This document shows positions 7,961-16,994 of a DNA stretch of 27,189 nt, piece after piece. Position 1 is the stretch's first letter, and each line of letters opens with the position of its first letter. Below the pieces are notes generated by a model that was not told the origin of the DNA, searched no databases, and saw only the letters and a list, made by a program, of their open reading frames with translations. Position numbers and translations under genes: made by a program. Origin of the DNA: an uncultured Pseudomonadota bacterium (lineage in GTDB: Bacteria > Myxococcota_A > Polyangia > Fen-1088); the NCBI GenBank assembly GCA_963847705.1, contig CAWKBC010000031.1, positions 1 to 27,189 of the forward strand. Direction: 5' to 3'.

Positions 7961-9504
7961 TCTTGCCCGTCGCCGTCGCCGCCGTCGAGTCGTCGCTTGA
8001 TTTCCTCTGTCAGGTCGCGGGCGATGACACGGCCGCCCAGGATCGATCTCAGCCGGATGAGGCGCAGATCCGGGAACCGGGACAGCGCCTCGTCGAGGTC
8101 CGGCTCATCGCCGCGGCGGGCGAGGCCGATGACGCGCACGTCGCCGAAACGGTAGGCGCCGCTGGGCGGCAACGGGGGCACTGCCGCCAGCGAGGCCGCG
8201 GCGTGCGCGAAGGCGGGCGGCACCAGCGCGAACGAAGCGGGCACGTCGCCAAGCACCAGCAGGCCCCCGGCCTCGAGGGCCGGATCCTCCTTGACCGCGA
8301 GGTCGAGATCCTTGATCCCGCCGTCGACATGAAAGACGTGGTGCCCGGCGGCCAGACCAGCGGCCACCGCGCGACGCGCGGCCGCCAGGCGCCGGTCGTA
8401 AGAGACGACCTCCTGGCGCCGCTCAGCCGCCTGCCCGACCCCGACCAGGAGCAGCACTGCCGCCAGCGTGAGCCGCGCGGCTGGACCGGCGCCGACCCCC
8501 TCCAGCGCCTCGGCGACCGCCCAGCAGAGCCCGACCGCCGGCAGGTAGTAGTAGCGCGCGCCGACCGCCCAGCCGGCCGCGAAGAGGGGCGCCGCGGCGG
8601 CGATGGCGAAGGCCAGCGGTGCGAAACGGGCGGCCGGCGTCCCCCTGCCCCGCCGCGCGAGCGCGAAGACGGTCAGCGCCAGCAGCATCGTGCCGACCGC
8701 GAAGGCCAGCGGGGGCGGAAAAACCGCCTCGCCGGTGAAGGTCTGGACGAAGCCGGCGAAAATCTGCACGACCGTCTGGAGAAGCGTCCCGGCGAGACCA
8801 GCCCGTGGATCGCCGCTGCCGCCCCACCCGTGCAGGACCGCCGTGCGAACGACGCAGACGACGGCCAGGAGAACCAGCTGGGGCGCGAGCTCTCGTCCGG
8901 GCGAGGGCCGCCGTTCCTGGGCAGCGTCCGAAGCGGTGCGCGCGCGCAACGCCAGCACGATCCCCGACAGGAGCGGCAGGACGAAGGCCGACTCCTTGGA
9001 GAGAAACGCAGCCAGCGCCGCCAGCGCGGCTATCAGGCGGCGGCCCCGCAGGAGCGCCAGCAGCGCGCCGAGGACGAAGACGGTGGCCAGCAGATCGGTC
9101 GTCGCCGAGAACCAGAGGGCGGCCGCCAAGTTCTGAGGCGCCAAGAACATGAGGACGCCCGCGCTCGCCGCGACGGACGAGGGCCGTCCGAGCGCCCGCA
9201 GCAGCCCGGTGACCAGGAGGGCCGCGCCCGCGTGCAACGCCAGCGCCGCCAGCGCGAAGGGCCAGAGGGCTCCGGAGCCTCCCGCTCTGGCCAGCAGCCA
9301 CCAGACCAGCATCCAGAGCGGCCGGTAGTACTCGCCGCCGTGCAGGTCCCTGACGAAGGCCAGGAACGGATTGCCGACGTGGCGGGCAAACGCCAGGAAG
9401 AGGTGGTCGTCGCCGAAGAAGGTCGTCGAGACGAAGAAGGGGACCGCGCCGACCAGCCCGACGGCCCCGAGGCCGAGGAGCGCGGCGCTGCGGCCCCGCG
9501 TCAC
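7957..9504 (-). CDS. Polytopic membrane protein, GT-C fold glycosyltransferase-like
   Basis: Many hydrophobic segments, a DD after TM1 (FFGDDHLF), and the motifs YYRPL, SKES and RYYYLP typical of PMT/TMTC-like GT-C proteins. The start overlaps the mobA stop. Confidence 0.7.
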   Translation of the reverse strand: MTRGRSAALLGLGAVGLVGAVPFFVSTTFFGDDHLFLAFARHVGNPFLAFVRDLHGGEYYRPLWMLVWWLLARAGGSGALWPFALAALALHAGAALLVTGLLRALGRPSSVAASAGVLMFLAPQNLAAALWFSATTDLLATVFVLGALLALLRGRRLIAALAALAAFLSKESAFVLPLLSGIVLALRARTASDAAQERRPSPGRELAPQLVLLAVVCVVRTAVLHGWGGSGDPRAGLAGTLLQTVVQIFAGFVQTFTGEAVFPPPLAFAVGTMLLALTVFALARRGRGTPAARFAPLAFAIAAAAPLFAAGWAVGARYYYLPAVGLCWAVAEALEGVGAGPAARLTLAAVLLLVGVGQAAERRQEVVSYDRRLAAARRAVAAGLAAGHHVFHVDGGIKDLDLAVKEDPALEAGGLLVLGDVPASFALVPPAFAHAAASLAAVPPLPPSGAYRFGDVRVIGLARRGDEPDLDEALSRFPDLRLIRLRSILGGRVIARDLTEEIKRRLDGGDGDGQD

Positions 9505-10103
9505 GGCGTACGGCGGGCGAGCGCTTCGGCGCGCCGAAGGTCGTCCGGGGTGTTGAGGTTGATGAAGCTCAGCCCCTGGGGATCCAGCGTCGCCAGCGCC
9601 GCGTCGTCGAGCCAGACGGTCGCCAGCTCGGCGAGCAGCTCGTGCAACGCCAGCCGCCCCGCGGCGAGGCGCGCGTCGACGACGTCCCGCACCCGCAGGG
9701 CGTAGCGCGCGCAGAGCGGCTCGGCGCGCCCTGCCGGCCGGGGCGCCAGAGCGTCAGCCGCGGGCGCCCCATCGCGCAGCGCGGTGAGCAGCGCCGGTGC
9801 CAGGAACGGCAGATCGCCGGCCAGGCAGACCACCGCCTCGGCATCTCCGGCCGCCGCCAGCGCCGCCGAGAGCCCCGCCAGCGGCCCGGCGCCGGTGACC
9901 CGATCGGGGACCACCTCCACGCCGCGCGCGCGCCAGGGAGCGGGGTCGTTGGCCACCACCAGCAGGCGCGAGAAGATCGGGCGCAGGACCGCCAGCTGAC
10001 GATCGGCAATGGCCTGCCCGGCGATCTCCAGCAGCGGTTTGGTCGCGCCGCCCAGCCGGCGGGCCGGGCCGCCCGCGATGATCGCGGCCGCGACGCTCCG
10101 CAT
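9501..10103 (-). CDS. mobA: Molybdenum cofactor guanylyltransferase
   Basis: Motifs IIAGG..RRLGG..K, GPLAGL, GDLPFL, EPLCARY and FINLNTPDD. ATG 10103 is 2 bp after the suhB stop. Confidence 0.85.
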   Translation of the reverse strand: MRSVAAAIIAGGPARRLGGATKPLLEIAGQAIADRQLAVLRPIFSRLLVVANDPAPWRARGVEVVPDRVTGAGPLAGLSAALAAAGDAEAVVCLAGDLPFLAPALLTALRDGAPAADALAPRPAGRAEPLCARYALRVRDVVDARLAAGRLALHELLAELATVWLDDAALATLDPQGLSFINLNTPDDLRRAEALARRTP

Positions 10104-10105
10104 GG

Positions 10106-10957
10106 CTATGGCCAGGGGGCGTTGGCGCGGCGCGAGACGCCTTGCAGGACCCGCATCATCTGTTCGTGCAGCGGCCCGTTGCTGGCCAGGACCCGCCCGG
10201 TCTCGCCGTCGAACGGCGTCCCGTCGAGATCGGTCGCGCGCCCGCCGGCGCCGTGGACGATCGCCGCGCCCGCCACGAGGTCCCAGGGGTGCAGCGCCCG
10301 CTCCCAGTAGCCGTCGAGCCAGCCGGCGGCCACGAAGCAGAGATCGAGCGCCGCCGAGCCGAACCGCCGCGTCCCCTGCGCCGCCGCCGTGAACGCCGTC
10401 CATTCGGGGAGGTTCGTCTGGATGGGATTGCGCGTGTAGGGAAACCCGGTCACCAGCAGCGCCGCGCCCAGGCGATCGGTGCGCGACGGCGTGATCGGCT
10501 TTCCGTTCAAGGTCGAGCCGCCGCCGCTGATGGTGCCGGCGAACGACCAGCCGAGCGCCGGCGCCTCCACGATCCCCAGCACCGGCCGCCGGTTGATGCA
10601 AAGGCCGATCGACACCGAGAAGATCGGCATCCCGTGCGCGAAGTTGGTCGTTCCGTCCAGGGGATCGACGTACCAGACGCGCGTGGCGCCCGCCTCGCCG
10701 GCGGCGTTGGTCCCTTCCTCGGCCACGATCCGATCGGCCGGGAACGCCTTCGTCAGCCGTTCGACGATCAAGGCCTCCGAGCGCTTGTCGTACTCGGTGA
10801 CCAGGTTGATGTCCTCCGACTTGTAACCGACGGTGGGGCGGGTGCCGAGCCCCTGCATCAGGATCTTCCCGGCGTCGTGCGCGATCTCGGCGGCGATCTT
10901 GCGGGCCTTCTCGAGCGGGTCGCGGGGCGGCGATTCCGGAGCAGCGGGTGCGGCCAT
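10106..10957 (-). CDS. suhB: Inositol monophosphatase family protein
   Basis: Motifs NLVTEYD, IVAEE, WYVDPLDGTTNFAHG, RRFGSAALDL and PWDLVAG. Confidence 0.9.
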   Translation of the reverse strand: MAAPAAPESPPRDPLEKARKIAAEIAHDAGKILMQGLGTRPTVGYKSEDINLVTEYDKRSEALIVERLTKAFPADRIVAEEGTNAAGEAGATRVWYVDPLDGTTNFAHGMPIFSVSIGLCINRRPVLGIVEAPALGWSFAGTISGGGSTLNGKPITPSRTDRLGAALLVTGFPYTRNPIQTNLPEWTAFTAAAQGTRRFGSAALDLCFVAAGWLDGYWERALHPWDLVAGAAIVHGAGGRATDLDGTPFDGETGRVLASNGPLHEQMMRVLQGVSRRANAPWP

Positions 10958-10962
10958 CGTCG

Positions 10963-12810
10963 TTACAGATCCTTTCGCATCCAGTTGGCGTTCTTCGAGC
11001 GGGCCAGGGCGTACTCCGCGGTGGCGGCGATCTCCGCGGCGACCTCCTTGCGATCGACCAGCTTGAACCCGAGCTTCTCGCCGAAGTAGCCCTGCGCGCC
11101 GTCGGTGACGAGGTAGAGCTGCCGCACGCCGAAGACGTGCGCCCGCTCCGTGGCGGCCTCGACCAGCACGAAGCCGAGCCCCTCGCCGCGGCGCTCGGGC
11201 GCCACCGCCAGCATGCGCAGGAGCGCGACGTCGCCGGCAAGCTCGATCGCCACGCAGCCGACCAGCGGCGCGCCCGGGCCCTCGCCCGGGATCACCAGGT
11301 AGGCGGGCCAGAACTTGTCCAGCACCGGGTGCGCGATCCCCACCCGGTCGAGCAGGTTGCCGATGAGCGCCTTGTGCTCGAGGCGCGCCGGCATCACCGG
11401 ATCGCCGAGCGCTTGCAAGAGGCGGTCGTGCAGCCCGCCGTAGTCGCCCGACGACATCACCAGCACCGTGTCCCCCGGCGAGGCCCGCTCCGCCAGGTGG
11501 GCGACCGTTTCCTTGACGGTTGCGATGACGCGGGCCGGAACATCCTCGCGCCGCAGATCGGCCGCCACCCGCTCGACGTCGAGCCGCTCCCCCTCCGGAA
11601 CTTTCTCCGGCGCGTAGAGCGGCGCCAGCACCACCTCGTCGGCGACCGACAGCGCGTCGGCGAACTCGTTCTGGAAAATGTTGCGGCGGCTGGTGGCCGA
11701 GCGCGGCTCGAAGGCGGCGATCAGCTTGCCCGGTCCGAAGCGGCCCTTGAGCGCCAGGATGGTCTCCCGGATGGCGGTCGGGTGGTGCGCGAAGTCATCG
11801 ACCACCGTCACCCCGCGCGCGACGCCGCGCACCTCCTGCCGCCGGCGCACGCCCAGGAAGCGCCGCACGCCGCGGGCGATCACCGGCAGCTCGATCCCCA
11901 GGCTGGAGGCGACCGCCACCACGCCGATCAGATTCTCGTGGTTATAGATACCGGGGAGGTTCGTCTCGACCACCCCCACCCGCTCGCCCCGCCGCGCCAG
12001 CGCCAGGGTGGTCCGCCCACCGAGGGCACGCGCGACGACCTCGAAGGTCCAGTCGGCGCCCGAGCCGGGGCGCCCATAAGTGATGACCTGGCAGCGGGCG
12101 ACGCGCGCCACCTCCATCGCGCCCGGCGAGGCCGCGCAGGCGACCAGCAGGCCGTCCTCGGGGATGAGCGCCACGAACTTTCGGAACGCGGCCTGCACCG
12201 CCTCTTCGTCGCGGAAGATGTCGGCGTGGTCGAACTCGACCGAGGTCAGGAGCGCGATCTTCGGGCGGTAGTGCAGGAACTTCGAGCCCTTGTCGAAGAA
12301 GGCCGTGTCGTACTCGTCGCCCTCCACCACGAACTCCCCACCGGCGCCGAGCCGCCAGGACTGCCGGAAGTTGAGCGGCACACCGCCGATCAAAAACGAC
12401 GGGTCGCGCCCGGCGTCGTGCAGCACCTGCGCCAGCAACGAAGAGGTGGTGGTCTTGCCGTGCGTCCCGGAGACGACCAACGACCGCCGCGCCGCCGGCC
12501 CCACGCCGTCGAGGAACAGCTTTCCGAACAGCGAGGGGAACGACTCGAGCGGGATCTTTCGCTCCTGCGCGGCCAGGACCTCGACCTGGTCCTTGCGGCA
12601 GACGTTGCCGACCACGACCGCGTCGGGCGCCCACTCCAGGTTGGCGGGACCGAAGCCCTCGAACACCGGAATCCTCTGCTCCGCGAGCTGCGTCGACATC
12701 GGCGGGTAGACGTGCTCGTCCGACCCCCGCACGTCGTGCCCGGCGGCCTTGAGCAGCCCGGCCAGCGAGCCCATCCCCGTCCCGCAGATCCCGATCAAAT
12801 GAATCTTCAC
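10963..12810 (-). CDS. mpl: Murein tripeptide ligase Mpl fused to a C-terminal GNAT N-acetyltransferase
   Basis: The GTG at 12810 overlaps the upstream TGA. Mpl motifs IHLIGICGTGM, VYPPMS, GTHGKTTT, EGDEYDTAFFDK, DDFAHHPTA, FEPRS and MSSG. The frame continues without a stop into a GNAT with the acetyl-CoA loop LAVAPERRGEGLG. Confidence 0.88.
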   Translation of the reverse strand: MKIHLIGICGTGMGSLAGLLKAAGHDVRGSDEHVYPPMSTQLAEQRIPVFEGFGPANLEWAPDAVVVGNVCRKDQVEVLAAQERKIPLESFPSLFGKLFLDGVGPAARRSLVVSGTHGKTTTSSLLAQVLHDAGRDPSFLIGGVPLNFRQSWRLGAGGEFVVEGDEYDTAFFDKGSKFLHYRPKIALLTSVEFDHADIFRDEEAVQAAFRKFVALIPEDGLLVACAASPGAMEVARVARCQVITYGRPGSGADWTFEVVARALGGRTTLALARRGERVGVVETNLPGIYNHENLIGVVAVASSLGIELPVIARGVRRFLGVRRRQEVRGVARGVTVVDDFAHHPTAIRETILALKGRFGPGKLIAAFEPRSATSRRNIFQNEFADALSVADEVVLAPLYAPEKVPEGERLDVERVAADLRREDVPARVIATVKETVAHLAERASPGDTVLVMSSGDYGGLHDRLLQALGDPVMPARLEHKALIGNLLDRVGIAHPVLDKFWPAYLVIPGEGPGAPLVGCVAIELAGDVALLRMLAVAPERRGEGLGFVLVEAATERAHVFGVRQLYLVTDGAQGYFGEKLGFKLVDRKEVAAEIAATAEYALARSKNANWMRKDL

Positions 12811-13577
12811 TTGGGCACGCACTCCGTGGCGCCGGGGTGGAACTCGGTGGCGAAGCGCTTCACCTCCATCGTGAAGTCGACGGTGAAGTCGCGGAACAGC
12901 CCCAGCTCGCGATCGCCGGTCCCACCCGAGGTGTCCCAGCGCAGGTGCGAGATCACCGTCGAGCCGCAGGGCTCGATGCGCCCCCGCTTGCGCGTCTTGG
13001 CCTCGGCGCTCCAGCCCTCGGCGGCGTCGCGGTTGCACCGATCGCCCGGGCCGCTGCAGCGCACCGAGAGGATGTCGTACCACCAGGGCCCCTTGGGCCC
13101 GTACTCGGCGAGATCGAGGCGGGGCGCGACGCCCCCTTCCTTGGTGGCCGCCCGGGCCGTGAAGGTCACCTGTTGCGTCGTCCCCGGCAAGACGTCGATG
13201 TAGTAGCAGGTCTCGTCGGAGTCGGCGGCAAAATGCCCCAGCGTCGGCGAATCGAGCGTGGCACTGCCGCCGCCGGCCCCGAGGCGGATCTCGAACCGCT
13301 TGTGGTCGGCGTCGGGCGGACGGGTCTCGGCGACGTCGCCGTTCTTCTGGCGGCAGGCGCAGGGGGCGCCAGGGCCACCGCTGCAGCGCGCGCCCGCCAG
13401 GTTGGCGTCACGCGCTCCCGGGCGTTCGATTGCTGCGCCCGTTGCGGTCGCCGGGCCTTCACCCGGTGACGACGATCCCGCGCACCCGACGCCGCAGGCA
13501 AGCGAGAGCAACGCCGCAGCAAGGTGCGGAGTCCAATGGCGACGACTGAGCGCGGTGACGGTGGTGGACGCCGACAC
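12807..13577 (-). CDS. Hypothetical Cys-rich lipoprotein
   Basis: Hydrophobic leader ending in GVGC, with several Cys residues. The stop overlaps the mpl start. The start codon is uncertain; GTG 13577 avoids overlap with bamD. Confidence 0.7.
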   Translation of the reverse strand: MSASTTVTALSRRHWTPHLAAALLSLACGVGCAGSSSPGEGPATATGAAIERPGARDANLAGARCSGGPGAPCACRQKNGDVAETRPPDADHKRFEIRLGAGGGSATLDSPTLGHFAADSDETCYYIDVLPGTTQQVTFTARAATKEGGVAPRLDLAEYGPKGPWWYDILSVRCSGPGDRCNRDAAEGWSAEAKTRKRGRIEPCGSTVISHLRWDTSGGTGDRELGLFRDFTVDFTMEVKRFATEFHPGATECVPK

Positions 13578-13602
13578 CTCGCTTACGTACCATAGATCGT
13601 TC

Positions 13603-14472
13603 ATGTCACCTCGCTTTCGACACCTCTTCGCCCTCTTCGCCATCTGTTTGCTGGCCGCCCCCATCGGCCTTGGCTGCGCCGAGTCGGACGACGACACGCG
13701 CCCCGTCACCTACTCTCTCACCGCCAAGCAAAATTACGAGAAAGGGATGGCCGAGCTGAAGGACGAAAGCTACGGCGAGGCGAAAAAGTACTTCCAGTTC
13801 GTGAAGCAGAAGTTCCCGTTTTCCAAGTACGCGGTCATGGCCGAGCTGGCCCTGGCCGACACGCAGTTCGCGCAGGGCAACTACACCGAGTCAATCGAGA
13901 GCTACAAGAGCTTCGCGCGCCTCCACCCGACGCACGAGAAGGTCGAGGACGGCTACGTCGCCTTCCGGATCTGCGAGGGCTACTACAAGGACATGCCCGA
14001 GGACATCTGGATCATGCCGCCGTCGTACGAGAAGGACCAGTCCGCGGTGAACGACGCCGGCCGTGAGCTCTTGGAGTTCAGCAAGAAGTTCCCCGACTCG
14101 CCTTACGGCAAGAAGGTGGACGAGATGCGCAAGGAGGTCATGAAGCGTCTCGTCGACCACGAGGTCTACGTGGCGCGCTTCTACCTCAAGAACGATCACC
14201 CCAAGGCGGCGGCGATGCGCATCGAGGAGGCGATCAAGCGCTACCCCGGCTCAGGGCGCGAGCCCGAGCTGCTCTACTCGCTGGGCGAGACCTACCTGCA
14301 CATGGACGATCCGCTCCACGCCAAGGAGACGTTCACGCGCGTGGTCACCGACTATGGCGCGGCGCCGCAGGCCCGGCGGTCGGAGCTCTACCTCGAGTAC
14401 ATCACCCGACGCTTCGGCCCCAACCCGCAGCCCAAGCCGACCGCCGACGCCTCTGCGGCGGCCCATGGCTGA
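13603..14472 (+). CDS. bamD: Outer membrane protein assembly factor BamD
   Basis: Lipobox GLGC. TPR pattern KFPFSKYA..AEL, F.RLHPTH, KDQS, FPDSPY, HEVYVARFY and YPGS. Confidence 0.85.
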   Translation: MSPRFRHLFALFAICLLAAPIGLGCAESDDDTRPVTYSLTAKQNYEKGMAELKDESYGEAKKYFQFVKQKFPFSKYAVMAELALADTQFAQGNYTESIESYKSFARLHPTHEKVEDGYVAFRICEGYYKDMPEDIWIMPPSYEKDQSAVNDAGRELLEFSKKFPDSPYGKKVDEMRKEVMKRLVDHEVYVARFYLKNDHPKAAAMRIEEAIKRYPGSGREPELLYSLGETYLHMDDPLHAKETFTRVVTDYGAAPQARRSELYLEYITRRFGPNPQPKPTADASAAAHG

Positions 14473-15271
14473 CCCCGCCCAAGCGCCGGCTGCCGGTGAC
14501 GTGCGCGCGCTGGTCGCGCGCGGGCGCGCCCACTACGCCGCGGGTGAGTACGGCGAGGCGGTCACCTGCCTGACCCAGGTCCTGCGCGGCAAGGCGACCT
14601 ACGCGGACGTCTACGACATGCTGGGGGTCATCTACCACCACGAGGGGCGGCTGGCCGAAGCGGAGGAGATGTTCCGCACCGCGCTGCGCCTCAACCCGGC
14701 CTACACCGAGGCGGCGCTGAACCTGGTGGTCACCTGCAACGACCTCGGCAAGTACGGCGAGGCCAGGACGATCTACGAACAGGCGATGGCGGCGGTCCAG
14801 CGCGCCCCCCGTGAGCTCGATCCTTTCGTCAAAGGCAAGATCGCCAACATGCACGCCGAGCTCGGCGCCACCTACCGCGCGGTCGGGGTCTTCGACGAGG
14901 CGGTCCGCGAGTACGAGCGGGCGCTGACGCTCTGCCCGACGTTCGCCGACATCCGCACCGAGCTCGGCAAGACGTTGCGCGAGATGGGCGAGCTATCGAC
15001 CTCCATCCGCGAGCTCGAGCTGGTGCGCGCGGAGCAGCCGCGCTACGCGCCGGGGGGCGTCCACCTCGGGCTGAGCTACCACGCCGCCGGCCGTCACGAG
15101 GACGCCTCGGCGCAATGGAGGGCCGTGCTCGAAGCCGACCCGACCAACGCCTCGGCGCGGATGTACCTGGCGATGCTCGAGCGGAATCCGCCCGCGGGCG
15201 GACCTGCGCCCGGCGCGACACCGGCACCCACCGATTCCGCCAGAGAGCTGGCCGGAGAACCGGGCAAGTAG
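14465..15271 (+). CDS. Tetratricopeptide repeat protein
   Basis: Repeated TPR consensus (YADVYDMLGVIY, ALRLNPAYTEA, ALTLCPTFADI..ELG, HLGLSY). It overlaps the bamD stop by 8 bp. Confidence 0.88.
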   Translation: MADPAQAPAAGDVRALVARGRAHYAAGEYGEAVTCLTQVLRGKATYADVYDMLGVIYHHEGRLAEAEEMFRTALRLNPAYTEAALNLVVTCNDLGKYGEARTIYEQAMAAVQRAPRELDPFVKGKIANMHAELGATYRAVGVFDEAVREYERALTLCPTFADIRTELGKTLREMGELSTSIRELELVRAEQPRYAPGGVHLGLSYHAAGRHEDASAQWRAVLEADPTNASARMYLAMLERNPPAGGPAPGATPAPTDSARELAGEPGK

Positions 15272-15290
15272 AGCTCGGACCCCGCCCGCC

Positions 15291-16281
15291 GTGCTGACCT
15301 TCACCTCCACGCCCGACACCTTCACCGTCGAGGAGATCCCGGCCTACGCCCCGAGCGGCGAAGGGACCCACCTCTTTCTCTGGATCGAAAAACGTGGCCT
15401 GACGACGTTCGACGCCATCGCCCGCCTGGCGCGCGCGCTGGGCCTGGCGCCCCGCGACATCGGCTACGCCGGCCTCAAGGATCGTCACGCGCTGACCCGG
15501 CAGTGGTTGAGCCTTCCGGGCGTCGCGGCGGAGCGCGCGCTGGCGATGGCGGACGCCGACCTCAAGGTCCTGCAGGCGGTCCCGCACCCTCACAAGCTGC
15601 GGCTCGGGCACCTGCGCGGCAACCGGTTCGAGGTGACGCTGACCGGCGACGCGACGGAGGGCGAGCGAGAGGCGCTTCGCGCGCGCTTCGAGGCGCTGGC
15701 GGCCTCGGGGGTCCCCAATCGCTTCGGCGCGCAACGCTTCGGCGCCGGCGGCGACAACGCGGCCGTCGGGTTGGCGCTCCTGCGCGGCGAGCGCCGCGAG
15801 CGCGACAAACGGCGGCGTCGGCTCCTCCTGTCCGCGCTGCAGTCTGTCGTCTTCAACCGCGCGCTCGAGCTGCGCGCCGCCTCGGGAGACCTGGCCCAGG
15901 TGCGCGGCGGCGACGTTCTGCAGAAGACCGACAGCGGAGGTCTGTTCGTGACGACCGATCCGGCGGTCGATCAGCCGCGCGTCGATCGGGGTGAGGTGAT
16001 CCCGACCGGGCCGCTCCCCGGCGGTCGCGAGATTCGAGCCTCCCCCCGACACGCCGTCGCGCGCCATCGACGACGAGGCGATCGCCTCCGTCGGCGCCAC
16101 CCGCGAGGACTTCTCTCGCGCCGGGCGCGAGCTGCCGGGCGCGCGCCGCGCGGTGTTGCTCAAGGCGGGCGACCCGGTCCTCGAGCTCCCGACCTCGTCC
16201 GACGGCCCGGTCCGCTTCCGGTTTTCGCTGCCGTCGGGCGGCTACGCCACCGTCTTCGTCGACGCGCTCTTGCAGGAGTGA
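15291..16281 (+). pseudogene. truD: tRNA pseudouridine(13) synthase TruD, frameshifted near 16033 (pseudogene or sequence error)
   Basis: Motifs FTVEE, GEGTH, YAGLKDRHA (catalytic Asp), HKLRLGHLRGNRF, PNRFGAQRFG and TGPLPG. The conserved C-terminus (LPGARR...FSLPSGGYAT) is in the +1 frame and ends at TGA 16279-16281. Confidence 0.85.
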
Positions 16282-16318
16282 TCGTGATAGCGTTTTTCGT
16301 GGGCGACGTGGAGAGCGC

Positions 16319-16987
16319 ATGCACCTGACCCAACGGATCCTCGGCTTCACGCTGCTCGGCTCGGAGTGGGTCCTCTGGGTGCTCATCGCGCTGTCGATCC
16401 TCTCCGTCGCTGTGATGGTCGAACGCGCGATCTGTTTCAGCGGAACGGGTGGCAGCAGCGACGCGCTCGGGCGCCAGATGCTCGAACGGCTGCTCGCCTC
16501 CGACGCGGCCGGCGCCACCCGCCTCCTCGAAGGGCACCGCGCCCCGGCCGCCGCGGTGGCCGCCGCCGGGATCGCCGAGCTCCCGCGGGGCGCCGACGCC
16601 GTCTCCGAGACGATGGCCGGCGCCAAGGCCCGGTTGCGCGTCGAGCTCGAACGTCACCTCGGCATCCTCGGCACGCTCGGCAACAACGCCCCCTTCATCG
16701 GCCTCTTCGGCACCGTCCTCGGCATCATCAAGGCGTTCTCCGATCTGGCGCGCAATCAGGCGAGCGGCGCCGGCGCCGTCATGTCCGGGATCTCCGAGGC
16801 GCTGGTGGCGACCGCCATCGGCCTCCTGGTGGCCATCCCCGCCGTCATCGCCTTCAACATCTTCCAGGGGCGGGTCCGCAATGCGATGGCCGAGATCGAC
16901 GCCATCGCCCACCTGGTGCTCTCCACGATCCCCCCGGGCAATCCGAGCCTGCCGAACCTGCCCAGCTCGCCGCGTCCCGGGAGCTGA
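16319..16987 (+). CDS. MotA/TolQ/ExbB proton channel family protein
   Basis: Motifs NAPFIGLFGTVLGII and GISEALVATAIGLLVAIPAV. RBS ggag. Confidence 0.92.
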   Translation: MHLTQRILGFTLLGSEWVLWVLIALSILSVAVMVERAICFSGTGGSSDALGRQMLERLLASDAAGATRLLEGHRAPAAAVAAAGIAELPRGADAVSETMAGAKARLRVELERHLGILGTLGNNAPFIGLFGTVLGIIKAFSDLARNQASGAGAVMSGISEALVATAIGLLVAIPAVIAFNIFQGRVRNAMAEIDAIAHLVLSTIPPGNPSLPNLPSSPRPGS

Positions 16988-16994
16988 CAGCAAC

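Noticed and set aside
9501-11240. 579-aa ORF as an extended MobA fusion
   Set aside because: The upstream part is an off-frame overlap of suhB and the GNAT. MobA motifs begin at ATG 10103.
10963-11400. Arsenic-resistance gene arsN2
   Set aside because: The resemblance is at fold level only. There are no ars genes nearby, the C-terminal Cys is missing, and the domain is fused to Mpl.
10948-13203. 751-aa plus-strand ORF and similar long ORFs (3610-4830, 5277-6890, 7939-9705, 18323-19405, 22511-23701)
   Set aside because: They are antisense shadows of well-supported genes, as expected at high GC, and carry no motifs.
16035-16328. Arg-rich C-terminus of the 345-aa TruD ORF as a novel domain
   Set aside because: It is out-of-frame read-through after the frameshift. 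The true C-terminus is in the +1 frame.
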